45,924 nt of DNA from an uncultured Deferribacteres bacterium (GTDB lineage Bacteria > Zhuqueibacterota > Zhuqueibacteria > Zhuqueibacterales > Geothermadaptataceae). A model generated the notes under the pieces. That model ran no database searches. It was not told the origin of the DNA and worked only from the letters and a program-made list of their open reading frames with translations. Each line of letters begins with the position of its first letter. The stretch's first letter is position 1. Location of the stretch: contig CAXHAT010000041.1 in the NCBI GenBank assembly GCA_964014485.1, positions 1 through 45,924 on the forward strand, written 5' to 3'. The position numbers and the translations under genes are program-made. Shown piece by piece: positions 1 through 8,487 of the stretch.

Positions 1-53
1 GCATACGCGATGCAATGGACTCTCGTGGGCTCGGAGATGTGTATAAGAGACAG
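1..53 (+). other. Illumina Nextera i7 adapter read-through (library artefact)
   Basis: GCATACGcGAT (P7 end, 1 mismatch) + 8-nt index GCAATGGA + cTCTCGTGGGCTCGG + exact Tn5 mosaic end AGATGTGTATAAGAGACAG (35-53). Confidence 0.97.
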
Positions 54-76
54 CGTTTATTCCTGGTGATCTAAAA

Positions 77-120
77 AGATTCCTGCGGAATGACAAAACA
101 GGGACTTTCAAAATACGCTC
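77..120. repeat. Right half of a family-B palindromic element plus a GGACTTT..ACGCTC terminal repeat
   Basis: AGATTCCTGCGGAATGACA (77-95) matches the arms at 21526-21616, 23866-23962 and 25098-25174. The following GGACTTT..ACGCTC mirrors GAGCGTCTCAAAAAGTCC at 23846. Confidence 0.6.
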
Positions 121-124
121 TTAG

Positions 125-519
125 CCTGAATTATTCATAAATGTCATTCTCGCGCAGGCGGGAATCCAGATAATTCAACGACTTAGTGTCTGGAAAGCCA
201 TTTTCAGCCAATTTTTGGCAAGACTTTTCAAAACGCTGAGACGGAAAGGACGCTGAGAAGCGCAGAGAAAACTTAATTTTGAGTTCACTTCGGACAGATC
301 GCAACTGTGAGAGTTCATAAACAGAACCTCAAAAAATTGTGTTAAAAAAACTCTGCGAGGCTCTCCGTACTCAGCGACTCTGTGTTAAGCCACAATTTTG
401 AAAACTTAGCTTGCCTGGTTCTGGCTCGTCCAGGTTGGGTGCATTTCTGGATACCCGCCTTCGCGGGTATGACATGTTAGACGGTTGAGCTTTAATTAAC
501 CACTCTTGAATAATTCAGG
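125..519. mobile_element. MITE-like non-autonomous element with 13-bp terminal inverted repeats and nested palindromes
   Basis: CCTGAATTATTCA (125-137) / TGAATAATTCAGG (507-519) perfect inverted repeat, TTAG on both flanks, no ORF inside. Confidence 0.7.
143..475. repeat. Family-A (dRS3-like) palindrome pair with arms far apart
   Basis: GTCATTCTCGCGCAGGCGGGAATCCAGA (143-170) and TCTGGATACCCGCCTTCGCGGGTATGACAT (446-475); same family as 11645 and 20541. Confidence 0.8.
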
Positions 520-891
520 TTAGAGCGCCTGTTCCGTCGGCTCGTTGAACTTTTGTGATTTGGGGGCGGGTTGGGCTTCTGGGGAGTCTTGCAGGGGCGC
601 TTCGCTGAAAACCAGCGTGCAGGCGCCGACTGAGATTTGATCTTGATCGAACACCACTTCCTCGTCGGTGATAGCGCGGCCGTTTATTTTGACCGGGTTT
701 TTGGCGCTGGCGTTGACGATCGTCCAGTAGCCGCCGCTCTCGTTGAAGTGCATCACGGCGTGGCGGCGGGAAACGGTTAAATCCTGTAAAACCAAGCTTC
801 TTCGCGGGTTGCGGCCGATAGAAACTTCGGGGCTTTTAAGGGCAAAATTGCGGACGTGCTTTTTGTTCTGGAAAACGGCTAAACCGGCCAT
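520..891 (-). CDS. FHA domain-containing protein
   Basis: IGRN...VSRRHA...NPVKING...DQISVG FHA signature; ATG abuts the nadE stop. Confidence 0.85.
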   Translation of the reverse strand: MAGLAVFQNKKHVRNFALKSPEVSIGRNPRRSLVLQDLTVSRRHAVMHFNESGGYWTIVNASAKNPVKINGRAITDEEVVFDQDQISVGACTLVFSEAPLQDSPEAQPAPKSQKFNEPTEQAL

Positions 892-2622
892 CTAAGCTTC
901 TCCCTTGCTGGTCTCGACCCAGGTGAAATGATTCGTAACGGGGATGCGTCGGTCGCGGCCAAAGGCTTTCGGGGTAATTTTCACACCGGGCGGGGCTTGC
1001 CGCCGCTTGTACTCGTTGCGGTCGACCAGTCGAATAATTTCGCGCACCGTTTCCGGGTCGAATCCCTCGGCGATAATCTCCGAAGCGCCTTTGTCGCGTT
1101 CGACGTACGCCGTCAAAATTTGATCTAAAAGATCGTAAGGGGGAAGGCTGTCCTCATCCTTCTGGTCCGGGCGAAGCTCCGCGGAAGGCGGTTTGGTGAT
1201 CGTGTCTTCGGGAATGATCTCGCCGTTGCGATTGATGTAACGAGCGAGCTCGTAAGCCTTGGTCTTCAACACGTCCTTGAGCACGGCGAATCCGCCGGCC
1301 ATGTCGCCGTAAAGCGTGCAATAGCCGACGCTGGTTTCGCTCTTGTTGCCCGTGGTTAAAACCAGCCAACCAAATTTGTTCGACAGCGCCATCAAAATAT
1401 TCCCGCGCGCCCGAGCCTGGAGATTTTCTTCCGTGACGTCGCTTTTGGTATTGCGGAAAATAGGCGCCAACGCTTTTTCGTAGCTTTCGACGATGCTTTC
1501 AATACCGACTGTGTGGGCTTCAATGCGTAAATTCTCAGCCAAACGTTCGGCGTCCGTCACACTTCCCTCCGAAGAAAATTGGCTTGGCATGATGACCCCA
1601 ACCACGTTTTCCGAGCCCAGCGCCATCTGTGCAATCGCTGCCGTCAGCGCGGAGTCAACGCCGCCGCTCAAGCCAATCGCCGCCTTGCGAAATCCGTTTT
1701 TCTGAACGTAATCGCGCGTCCCCAAAACCAACGCCGAGAGAAGCTCTCCCAGCTCCTCCGGCGGTTGAGAAATGCTCGGAACGACGTCATTTCTTTGGGG
1801 CTTCAACTCGGCGTCAATGGAAATTTTTTGCAGGCGAAATTGCTCCGAAGTGTAAATTTCCTGCGGGACGGATTCCCTGGACGGCAGGTCAAGATCGGCA
1901 ATGACCAATTCTTCTTCGAACATGTGCGCACGCGTTATGAGGCTCCCGTCGGGGCCAAAAATCAAGCTAGCGCCGTCAAATACCAGCTCATCCTGTCCGC
2001 CGACCAGATTGACGTAAGCGATGTGCGCCTTGCAAGAATTCGCACGCGCCGCAAGCATCGCTTCTCGCTCCTGCAAGCGCCCGACATACCACGGCGAGGC
2101 GGAAATATTGCAAATCAGCGAGGCTCCGCCCGCCAACGCTTGATACTCCGTCACGCCGTTCGCCAGCCAAATATCTTCGCAAATATTAACGCCGATTTTG
2201 ACGCCGCCCATCTCGAAGACCATCGGCGTGAAGCCTGGCTGGAACGTTCTCTTCTCGTCGAAAACGCTGTAGTTTGGCAGGCAAATTTTGTGGTAAATTC
2301 CGTGGATGCGGCCGTCGCGCAAAACCGCCGCGGCATTAAAAACGCCGCCCTCGCTGTCAGGGAATCCAACAACTGCCGTGACCTCGCCAACTTGTCGCGC
2401 GATTTCTTCCAGGCTGGCGCGGCAGGCTTTGAGGAAAGAATCTTTCAGCACCAAGTCTTCCGGCGGATAGCCGCTGAGCGCCAGTTCCGGCACAAGCACA
2501 AGATCGGCTCCCGCTTTTTCCGCTTCTTGAATTTGCGATAGAATAAGCTCGCTGTTCCGCTCAAGCGCACCAACCGTCGTGTTAATTTGCGCCAGAGCAA
2601 CACGAATTTTTGAAGATTTCAC
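892..2622 (-). CDS. nadE: Glutamine-dependent NAD+ synthetase
   Basis: N-terminal nitrilase domain (PELALSGYPPEDL, LPNYSVFDEKR, ICEDIW) plus SGGVDS, NKSE, KPPSAELRPDQKDED, EYKRRQAPPG. Confidence 0.97.
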   Translation of the reverse strand: MKSSKIRVALAQINTTVGALERNSELILSQIQEAEKAGADLVLVPELALSGYPPEDLVLKDSFLKACRASLEEIARQVGEVTAVVGFPDSEGGVFNAAAVLRDGRIHGIYHKICLPNYSVFDEKRTFQPGFTPMVFEMGGVKIGVNICEDIWLANGVTEYQALAGGASLICNISASPWYVGRLQEREAMLAARANSCKAHIAYVNLVGGQDELVFDGASLIFGPDGSLITRAHMFEEELVIADLDLPSRESVPQEIYTSEQFRLQKISIDAELKPQRNDVVPSISQPPEELGELLSALVLGTRDYVQKNGFRKAAIGLSGGVDSALTAAIAQMALGSENVVGVIMPSQFSSEGSVTDAERLAENLRIEAHTVGIESIVESYEKALAPIFRNTKSDVTEENLQARARGNILMALSNKFGWLVLTTGNKSETSVGYCTLYGDMAGGFAVLKDVLKTKAYELARYINRNGEIIPEDTITKPPSAELRPDQKDEDSLPPYDLLDQILTAYVERDKGASEIIAEGFDPETVREIIRLVDRNEYKRRQAPPGVKITPKAFGRDRRIPVTNHFTWVETSKGEA

Positions 2623-2628
2623 GCCGAA

Positions 2629-4473
2629 TCAATCCTCGATCAAATCTTTTTCAACACGCAGGTTTTCGATGATGAATTTTTGTCGATCAGGCGTGTTTTT
2701 GCCCATGTAATAATTGAGAATCGTCGGGATGGTCGTCCCTTCAGGAAGGATGACGGGCTCCAGGCGAATGTCGTCGCCGATGAAGCCGCCGAACTCATCG
2801 GGTGAAATTTCACCGAGGCCCTTGAAACGTGTGATTTCAGCGGTTTTACCAAGCTTATTAATCGCGGCGAGTCGTTCTTCGTCAGTGTAGCAATAATGCG
2901 TTTCTTTCTTGTTGCGCACACGAAAAAGCGGCGTTTCGAGAATAAAGACATGGCCGCTTTTCACCAAATCAGGGAAAAATTGCAGGAAAAACGTCAGCAG
3001 AAGCAAGCGAATGTGCATCCCGTCAACGTCGGCGTCGGTGGCGACGACGACTTTGTTGTATCGCAAATCATCCAGGCTTTCCTCGATGTTCAGCGCGTGC
3101 TGCAACAAGTTAAATTCTTCGTTTTCATAAACGACTTTTTTCGAAAGTCCGTAACAGTTCAACGGCTTGCCGCGCAAACTAAAAACCGCCTGCGATTCCA
3201 CATCGCGCGCTTTGGTGATCGAACCGCTGGCGGAATCGCCCTCAGTGATGAATAGCGTAGAATCGTAACGCTTGTCTTTCTTTGCGTCGGTGTAATGGAT
3301 GCGACAGTCGCGCAATTTTTTATTGTGTAAATTGGCCTTTTTCGCGCGCTGATTCGCCAGCTTGCGAATGCCCGCCATTTCCTTGCGCTCGCGCTCCGAT
3401 TGCAAAATGCGCTTTTGCAAAGCTTCCGCCGTGTCCGGATTTTTGTGCAGAAAATCGTCCAGCCCCTTCATAAAATCGATCACAAACGACCGCACAGTCG
3501 GGCCGTCCGGCCACATGGTTTGCGAACCAAGCTTGGTTTTGGTTTGCGATTCAAAAACGGGCTCTTGCACGCGCACGCTGACCGCCGCAATGATCGATTG
3601 CCGAATATCCGTCGCATCGAAATCTTTCTGATAAAACTCGCGCACCGTTTTGACCACGGCCTCGCGAAACGCCGCCAAGTGCGTTCCGCCCATGGTCGTG
3701 TACTGGCCGTTGACGAACGAATAGTATTCTTCGCCGTAATCGCCGCCGTGCGTCATGGCGACTTCAATATCTTCGCCTTTGAGGTGAATGATGGGGTAGC
3801 GCAAGGACTCTTCGTTGGTTTTGCGCGACAAAAGATCGAGCAAGCCGTTGCGGGAGTAATATTTCTGACCGTTAAAATGGATCGCCAACCCGGCGTTAAG
3901 AAAAGCGTAGTTCCAGATTTGGCTTTCCAGGTATTCGGGGATAAAATGATAATTTTTGAAAACCGAATCGTCGGGCACGAAGGTGATCGCCGTGCCTGAT
4001 TGCTCCTGCGATTTCTGCAATTTATGATCTTTTTTGATCTCGCCGCGCTCAAACTCCGCCGCCTTCGCCTTGCCGTCGCGATAGGATTCGACGCGAAAAA
4101 AATTAGACAATGCATTTACCGCCTTGGTGCCCACGCCGTTCAGGCCGACGGACTTTTGAAAAGCTTTTGAGTCGTACTTGCCGCCAGTGTTGATTTTGGC
4201 GACGCAGTCGATCACCTTGCCCAACGGGATGCCGCGCCCATAATCACGAACATGCACTTTTTTGTCGGTGATCTTGATCTCGATTTTGTTGCCGAAGCCC
4301 ATCGCGTATTCGTCGATGCTATTGTCGATGACTTCTTTCACGAGCACATAGATGCCGTCATCTTTCGAAGAGCCGTCGCCCAATTTACCGATGTACATGC
4401 CCGGGCGCATTCGAATATGCTCGCGCCAATCCAAAGATCGAATACTGCTTTCGTCGTAGATAATTTCCGCCAT
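2629..4473 (-). CDS. parE: DNA topoisomerase IV subunit B (short type)
   Basis: [56 protein letters not shown]; 614 aa, no GyrB insertion. Confidence 0.9.
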   Translation of the reverse strand: MAEIIYDESSIRSLDWREHIRMRPGMYIGKLGDGSSKDDGIYVLVKEVIDNSIDEYAMGFGNKIEIKITDKKVHVRDYGRGIPLGKVIDCVAKINTGGKYDSKAFQKSVGLNGVGTKAVNALSNFFRVESYRDGKAKAAEFERGEIKKDHKLQKSQEQSGTAITFVPDDSVFKNYHFIPEYLESQIWNYAFLNAGLAIHFNGQKYYSRNGLLDLLSRKTNEESLRYPIIHLKGEDIEVAMTHGGDYGEEYYSFVNGQYTTMGGTHLAAFREAVVKTVREFYQKDFDATDIRQSIIAAVSVRVQEPVFESQTKTKLGSQTMWPDGPTVRSFVIDFMKGLDDFLHKNPDTAEALQKRILQSERERKEMAGIRKLANQRAKKANLHNKKLRDCRIHYTDAKKDKRYDSTLFITEGDSASGSITKARDVESQAVFSLRGKPLNCYGLSKKVVYENEEFNLLQHALNIEESLDDLRYNKVVVATDADVDGMHIRLLLLTFFLQFFPDLVKSGHVFILETPLFRVRNKKETHYCYTDEERLAAINKLGKTAEITRFKGLGEISPDEFGGFIGDDIRLEPVILPEGTTIPTILNYYMGKNTPDRQKFIIENLRVEKDLIED

Positions 4474-4531
4474 TTTGCTGTTTTTTAGTTATCTGTTGAT
4501 TTGTATGAGGATGATGAATTGCATTGCTTTA

Positions 4532-4867
4532 TCATGATAAATGAACGGTCGCCGCTTTTGAAAGCATCTCGCTTACCCATACATCCACTTTTTGCCCTGA
4601 TTTTTCCGCCGCCAATACAACCTTTTTGTGTTGATCCGGGGAAAGGCGTACAGTGAAACGACCATTGAAAGGCTTTTCCGGCGTTTCGCTGCGTTCAGCG
4701 CAGAATGCAAGGTAATCTTCCACCGAATCTTCGAAAGCGCGTTTTAATTCATCAACGGATTCCCCTTGAAAAGTGATAACGTCGCGAATATTGATGATCT
4801 CGCCATGAAAGAGCGCCGCCTCATCGTCGAATTCAACATGCCCCACATAGCCTTTATATTCCATCAT
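4532..4867 (-). CDS. hicB: HicB-family antitoxin
   Basis: MMEYKGY...FHGEIINIRDVITFQG...EKPFNGRFTVRLSPDQH, a typical HicB with C-terminal RHH; start moved to ATG 4867. Confidence 0.9.
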   Translation of the reverse strand: MMEYKGYVGHVEFDDEAALFHGEIINIRDVITFQGESVDELKRAFEDSVEDYLAFCAERSETPEKPFNGRFTVRLSPDQHKKVVLAAEKSGQKVDVWVSEMLSKAATVHLS

Positions 4868-4885
4868 TGCTCTACTCCCGCTCAA

Positions 4886-5875
4886 TCATCTTAGAATCCT
4901 CACAATTTCAGCCAAAAGTACGTCCAAGTCATTCGAAAAATCTACCTGAGTATTATTTGGCAGGACTTCCTGCTTCCGAATTTTTGTATGCAAAAAGTTA
5001 TCTGCTATTTTTCTGGAGGATTGATCAAGATGCTTCATCGATGCCTTAAACGATTTCGCACCCCGGTAGTTATTGCAAACTTCAGCAAAGTTTTTGCATT
5101 CGAAGATTGGGGGAACGTGGTCAATAATTGCTCGAGGAAGTACCGCACAAGTCAGAAAACACTCAGTCGAAAAAGCTTTGTTCAATTCCTTGCATAGCTG
5201 AATAAGTTTGGTCAAATCAAAATTCGGAGAATCGATGGCTTCCAACTGGTTAATGCGACCAATATTTACATACGATTTTCCATTCACTGTGGCACTTTGT
5301 TCATTATTTAAGTCTTTCCATTTGGAACTCGGAGATTGTGGTAAAACAGGCTGTTGGCGTTTATAGAATAGCTCAATATGTTGTTCCAGGTTTTCGAAGT
5401 CCAAGAATCCATCAAGCCCGGAATCGTCTTTCTGAAACTCAGCCCACTTAAATCCATAGTAATTTCCTTCAACAAAAGGGCCTGTAAAATTAAAACCGCC
5501 AATCTCATACATTAAAAACAGAGCGATTTCAATAGCTTTCGTATCTATAGTAGTTTTTTCCGCAATTGAAACTGCATCTAACTTGTTCAACTCTGGATCC
5601 TGTGAAATCGCATTTTTGATTGTTGTGATAATCTTTTCAATATTGCCGAAATGACTGTTGTCTGAATCGATGTGCCAGAGTCCGACTAACGTTAGATGAC
5701 CATCACGTAAAAATCGGAGATCTATTTCCTTTTGTTTAAAGCCTCTTGGCAATTTTCCGTTGAGCTCAACTCTCAGACGTCTAGCATCAAATTTAGAGTA
5801 GTCATACTCCAAAATCTTCGACATCCATAACCTTTCAGCTCCTACAATTTTAGCCTTTTTGAATGTAAATTCCAA
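4886..5875 (-). CDS. AT-rich hypothetical protein with putative C-terminal HEPN-like helical domain
   Basis: 329-aa ORF visibly more AT-rich than its flanks; C-terminal LCKELN...LPRAIIDHVPP...SRKIADNFLH resembles HEPN/DUF4145-type helical domains. Confidence 0.6.
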   Translation of the reverse strand: MEFTFKKAKIVGAERLWMSKILEYDYSKFDARRLRVELNGKLPRGFKQKEIDLRFLRDGHLTLVGLWHIDSDNSHFGNIEKIITTIKNAISQDPELNKLDAVSIAEKTTIDTKAIEIALFLMYEIGGFNFTGPFVEGNYYGFKWAEFQKDDSGLDGFLDFENLEQHIELFYKRQQPVLPQSPSSKWKDLNNEQSATVNGKSYVNIGRINQLEAIDSPNFDLTKLIQLCKELNKAFSTECFLTCAVLPRAIIDHVPPIFECKNFAEVCNNYRGAKSFKASMKHLDQSSRKIADNFLHTKIRKQEVLPNNTQVDFSNDLDVLLAEIVRILR

Positions 5876-6018
5876 AGTTGCTACGCCTTAAAAACTTTAT
5901 TTTGCTTATTTTGAATTTGAAAATATAGACAATTTAGCAAGTTGATGCAACGCATTCGATTTAGACGAACCAATTGATTTGACAGTACAATGAGCAGCTA
6001 ATTTTCAAAGTGAAGATA

Positions 6019-6957
6019 TTAATTCTTCGGCAGGAGCCCAGCGAGCCAATGCAAAGTATTGAGTAAAAATTGAACATTGTGCGGCGCTTCGGGGTGATTT
6101 ATCCCCATCGGGCGTTTTTGTTCACCGGAAACTTGTGCGGTAAACATTGCCGCTTCGCCAAAAACAGCGACGCGGCCTTCGCCGAATTTTAACGTTGCAC
6201 CCTGCAGCATACCGGCGGCGGAAAACGACGGCGTTTCATCCGAAAATTGCCAGGCTTGCACCGGCAGAAGATTTTGAATCTCGGCGGGCAAGGTCATCAA
6301 AGGCTGGTGCTCCACTTCTGGACGAATCCAGAACGCCTGCCCCGTAAAACTGACTACAAACGGCGTTCTTTCTTTTTTATCGCGGCCCTGCGTAATCGCG
6401 TGGTCGTACAGAAGTCCGCTTTCCAGATCAAATCGGATCCTTGCAGAGCGATCTTCCCTGAATGCAAAACCATTCGTAAACGTCGCGCCGAATCTTGCCG
6501 CCAATGCTTCAGCCGCGCCAGGAAAAGGCATGTGGTCGGCGATGAGCAAAAGCGATCCGCCTTCGCGCACCCATTTTTCCAGGGCGTCGATTTCCTGGCT
6601 TGTAAAAGCGGAAGGCCTAGGCAAGCGCCAGTTACCGTTGTTTTCTTCAGCAAGCGCGTTGGCGATGACGAGGATTTTCGCCTTTGCCAATTGTGTCGCT
6701 GAAAACGGCCTGGAAGAACCTTCAACGACAAAACCGTCGCGTCGAAGGATGTCAGCGAAAGCGCGGTAGCGGCCGGAAACTGTGTGGAAATTGTTGTGAG
6801 CCTCGTCGATCAAGACAAGCGGACCGGATTCTTCAGGATAGGCGGGATTATCGATGGGCGGGTTAAAGCCCGTATCGCCGAGTTGTTGCGTAAACGCATT
6901 GATCGCCCCCAAAACCAAAAAAGACGCAATACGCCAAAATTGATGAAATCGCTTCAT
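6019..6957 (-). CDS. Secreted DUF4350-like (class I glutamine amidotransferase-like fold) protein
   Basis: Signal peptide; VLIDEAHNNFH, GGSLLLIADHMPF, GRVAVFGEAAMFTAQ; GGAAGGAG RBS before ATG 6957. Confidence 0.7.
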   Translation of the reverse strand: MKRFHQFWRIASFLVLGAINAFTQQLGDTGFNPPIDNPAYPEESGPLVLIDEAHNNFHTVSGRYRAFADILRRDGFVVEGSSRPFSATQLAKAKILVIANALAEENNGNWRLPRPSAFTSQEIDALEKWVREGGSLLLIADHMPFPGAAEALAARFGATFTNGFAFREDRSARIRFDLESGLLYDHAITQGRDKKERTPFVVSFTGQAFWIRPEVEHQPLMTLPAEIQNLLPVQAWQFSDETPSFSAAGMLQGATLKFGEGRVAVFGEAAMFTAQVSGEQKRPMGINHPEAPHNVQFLLNTLHWLAGLLPKN

Positions 6958-6992
6958 TGCCACTCCTTCCCAGTTCGAAGGGTGATTGGTCA

Positions 6993-7033
6993 GGCTTCAT
7001 CATTGCATCATTTTAATGCGTCATGATGAAGCC
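6993..7033. terminator. Hairpin downstream of the ferredoxin gene (terminator or REP-like)
   Basis: GGCTTCATCAT...ATGATGAAGCC 11-bp stem; no clear U-tract. Confidence 0.35.
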
Positions 7034-7050
7034 CGTTACATTCTCGAACC

Positions 7051-7335
7051 TTAATCATCCATTTTAACATCGAACGCAACGTAGTTGACCTTGATATATT
7101 TTTCCCATTCGTCCGGCACTTCATCTTCCGGAAAGATCGCTTCAACCGGGCATTCCGGTTCGCAAGCGCCGCAGTCGATGCATTCTTCCGGGTGAATGTA
7201 AAGCATAGCCATATGCGCCTTGTCGCCTTCCTTTAGCTCTGTTTTATCGACTTCATAGATGCAATCCACAGGACAGACGTCAACGCAAGAACGATCCATC
7301 ACGTCAACGCAGGGTTCGGCGATAATGTAGGTCAT
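7051..7335 (-). CDS. Dicluster (7Fe/8Fe, FdxA-type) ferredoxin
   Basis: MTYIIAEPC...CVDVCPVDCI...CIDCGACEPECPVEAI; AAGGAG RBS. Confidence 0.93.
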   Translation of the reverse strand: MTYIIAEPCVDVMDRSCVDVCPVDCIYEVDKTELKEGDKAHMAMLYIHPEECIDCGACEPECPVEAIFPEDEVPDEWEKYIKVNYVAFDVKMDD

Positions 7336-7351
7336 GACGAGAACTCCTTCA

Positions 7352-7936
7352 TTAAGATTGTATGACTTTCTCCCGCCTGAGAATATTCAGACAGGCGTTT
7401 TTGGTTTCTGAAATTACGTCTTCATAGCCCACGGCGATCAAGCCGCTTTTGAGATAGAAAATCGTTTGGCTAATTGTCCCGACCAGCATGGCCGCAGCAA
7501 GGTCAGGGTCGATCTCGCGAAAATGTCCCTGTTTTTGTCCCAGCCGGATAATGCGCGCCAACATGCGCAACGGCTTCATCTTTCGGCGCGACAGTTTTCG
7601 CAACTCAGTCTGGTGAGCCGCGAAAAGAAAACTGTACTTGATCTGGTAGCGTCTTGCAAATTCAAAAAAACCTTCGACAAACGCTCCGAGCACTTCTTCA
7701 ACGCCTTGTGTTTCTTTCAAATAATTCCGCAAAAAGCGCCAGAAAAAATCCAGATTTTGCTCAAAAACGATGCGCGCCAATTCATCCTTACTGTCAAAAT
7801 GGCGATAGATCGTACCTTCAGACGCTCCGGCCCGCAGGGCGATGTCGCGTGTTGTCGTGCCCTTGATGCCTTGTTTCATGAACAAAGCCAGGGCGGCGTC
7901 AACAACATCGTTTTTTTTGGTAACTTGGCGCGGCAT
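7352..7936 (-). CDS. TetR/AcrR family transcriptional regulator
   Basis: TTTRDIALRAGASEGTIYRHFDSKDEL helix-turn-helix. Confidence 0.93.
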   Translation of the reverse strand: MPRQVTKKNDVVDAALALFMKQGIKGTTTRDIALRAGASEGTIYRHFDSKDELARIVFEQNLDFFWRFLRNYLKETQGVEEVLGAFVEGFFEFARRYQIKYSFLFAAHQTELRKLSRRKMKPLRMLARIIRLGQKQGHFREIDPDLAAAMLVGTISQTIFYLKSGLIAVGYEDVISETKNACLNILRREKVIQS

Positions 7937-7947
7937 AATTCACATAA

Positions 7948-7993
7948 GTGAGTAATTACTCACAATTATAGCCAGAGCGCGAAAACTGCGCAA
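7948..7993 (-). promoter_or_regulatory. Sigma70 promoter with palindromic TetR-type operator
   Basis: Minus strand TTGCGC (7993-7988) -17 bp- TATAAT (7970-7965), followed by the perfect 16-bp palindrome GTGAGTAATTACTCAC (7948-7963). Confidence 0.8.
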
Positions 7994-8070
7994 GGATTTT
8001 TTGACCTTCAACAAAATTGGGTTGAGAAAGCGATGGCGGTTGGCTATGTTAGCTGCTACAATCAACCTTC

Positions 8071-8098
8071 GTAGAGACGCGATGCATCGCGTCTCTAC
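8071..8098. repeat. GTAG-type REP palindrome (family C)
   Basis: Perfect 28-bp palindrome GTAGAGACGCGATGCATCGCGTCTCTAC; supplies the TAG stop of the adjacent gene. Confidence 0.85.
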
Positions 8099-8418
8099 CC
8101 TGGACGCCAGCCGAATTTTTTGAAATCGACGCGACCGCTCTCGTTGAAGACGACGCCCTCTTGCTCGAGGAGCGCCTTTTGTAATTCGTAACCGCCATTG
8201 AGCGGCAGGGAGATTCGTCCTTGGCTGTTAATCACCCGAAACCACGGCAAGCTTTCCGATTCGCTGGAGCTGTGCAGAACCCATCCGACATGTCGCGCTT
8301 TTCGCGGCTCGCCAACCAGCGCCGCAACTTGGCCGTAGCTGACGACGCAGCCTTCTGGAATGCGCTTTATGATTTTGACCACGTTTTGGTGGAAAGCGTT
8401 TTTATCTGAATTTGACAT
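8095..8418 (-). CDS. Alkyltransferase-like protein (MGMT family, ATL/YbaZ type)
   Basis: IPEGCVVSYGQVA, ARHVGW, PWFRV (Trp in place of the catalytic Cys of PCHRV), QKALLEQEGV. Confidence 0.88.
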   Translation of the reverse strand: MSNSDKNAFHQNVVKIIKRIPEGCVVSYGQVAALVGEPRKARHVGWVLHSSSESESLPWFRVINSQGRISLPLNGGYELQKALLEQEGVVFNESGRVDFKKFGWRPG

Positions 8419-8487
8419 TGATAATTGCAATCGTTAATCCTGACAGGATTGGTTATAATGAAAACTTCAAAAAATGTAAGACCAAAA

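Noticed and set aside
35..53. Tn5/IS50 end suggesting a transposon
   Set aside because: It is the synthetic mosaic end in Nextera adapter context, and no transposase is present.
54..523. CRISPR array or integron attC array
   Set aside because: The repeats are inverted and nested, not direct repeats with regular unique spacers. No cas or integrase gene is in the window.
1579..2541. 320-aa plus-strand ORF
   Set aside because: Antisense shadow of nadE with no recognisable motifs.
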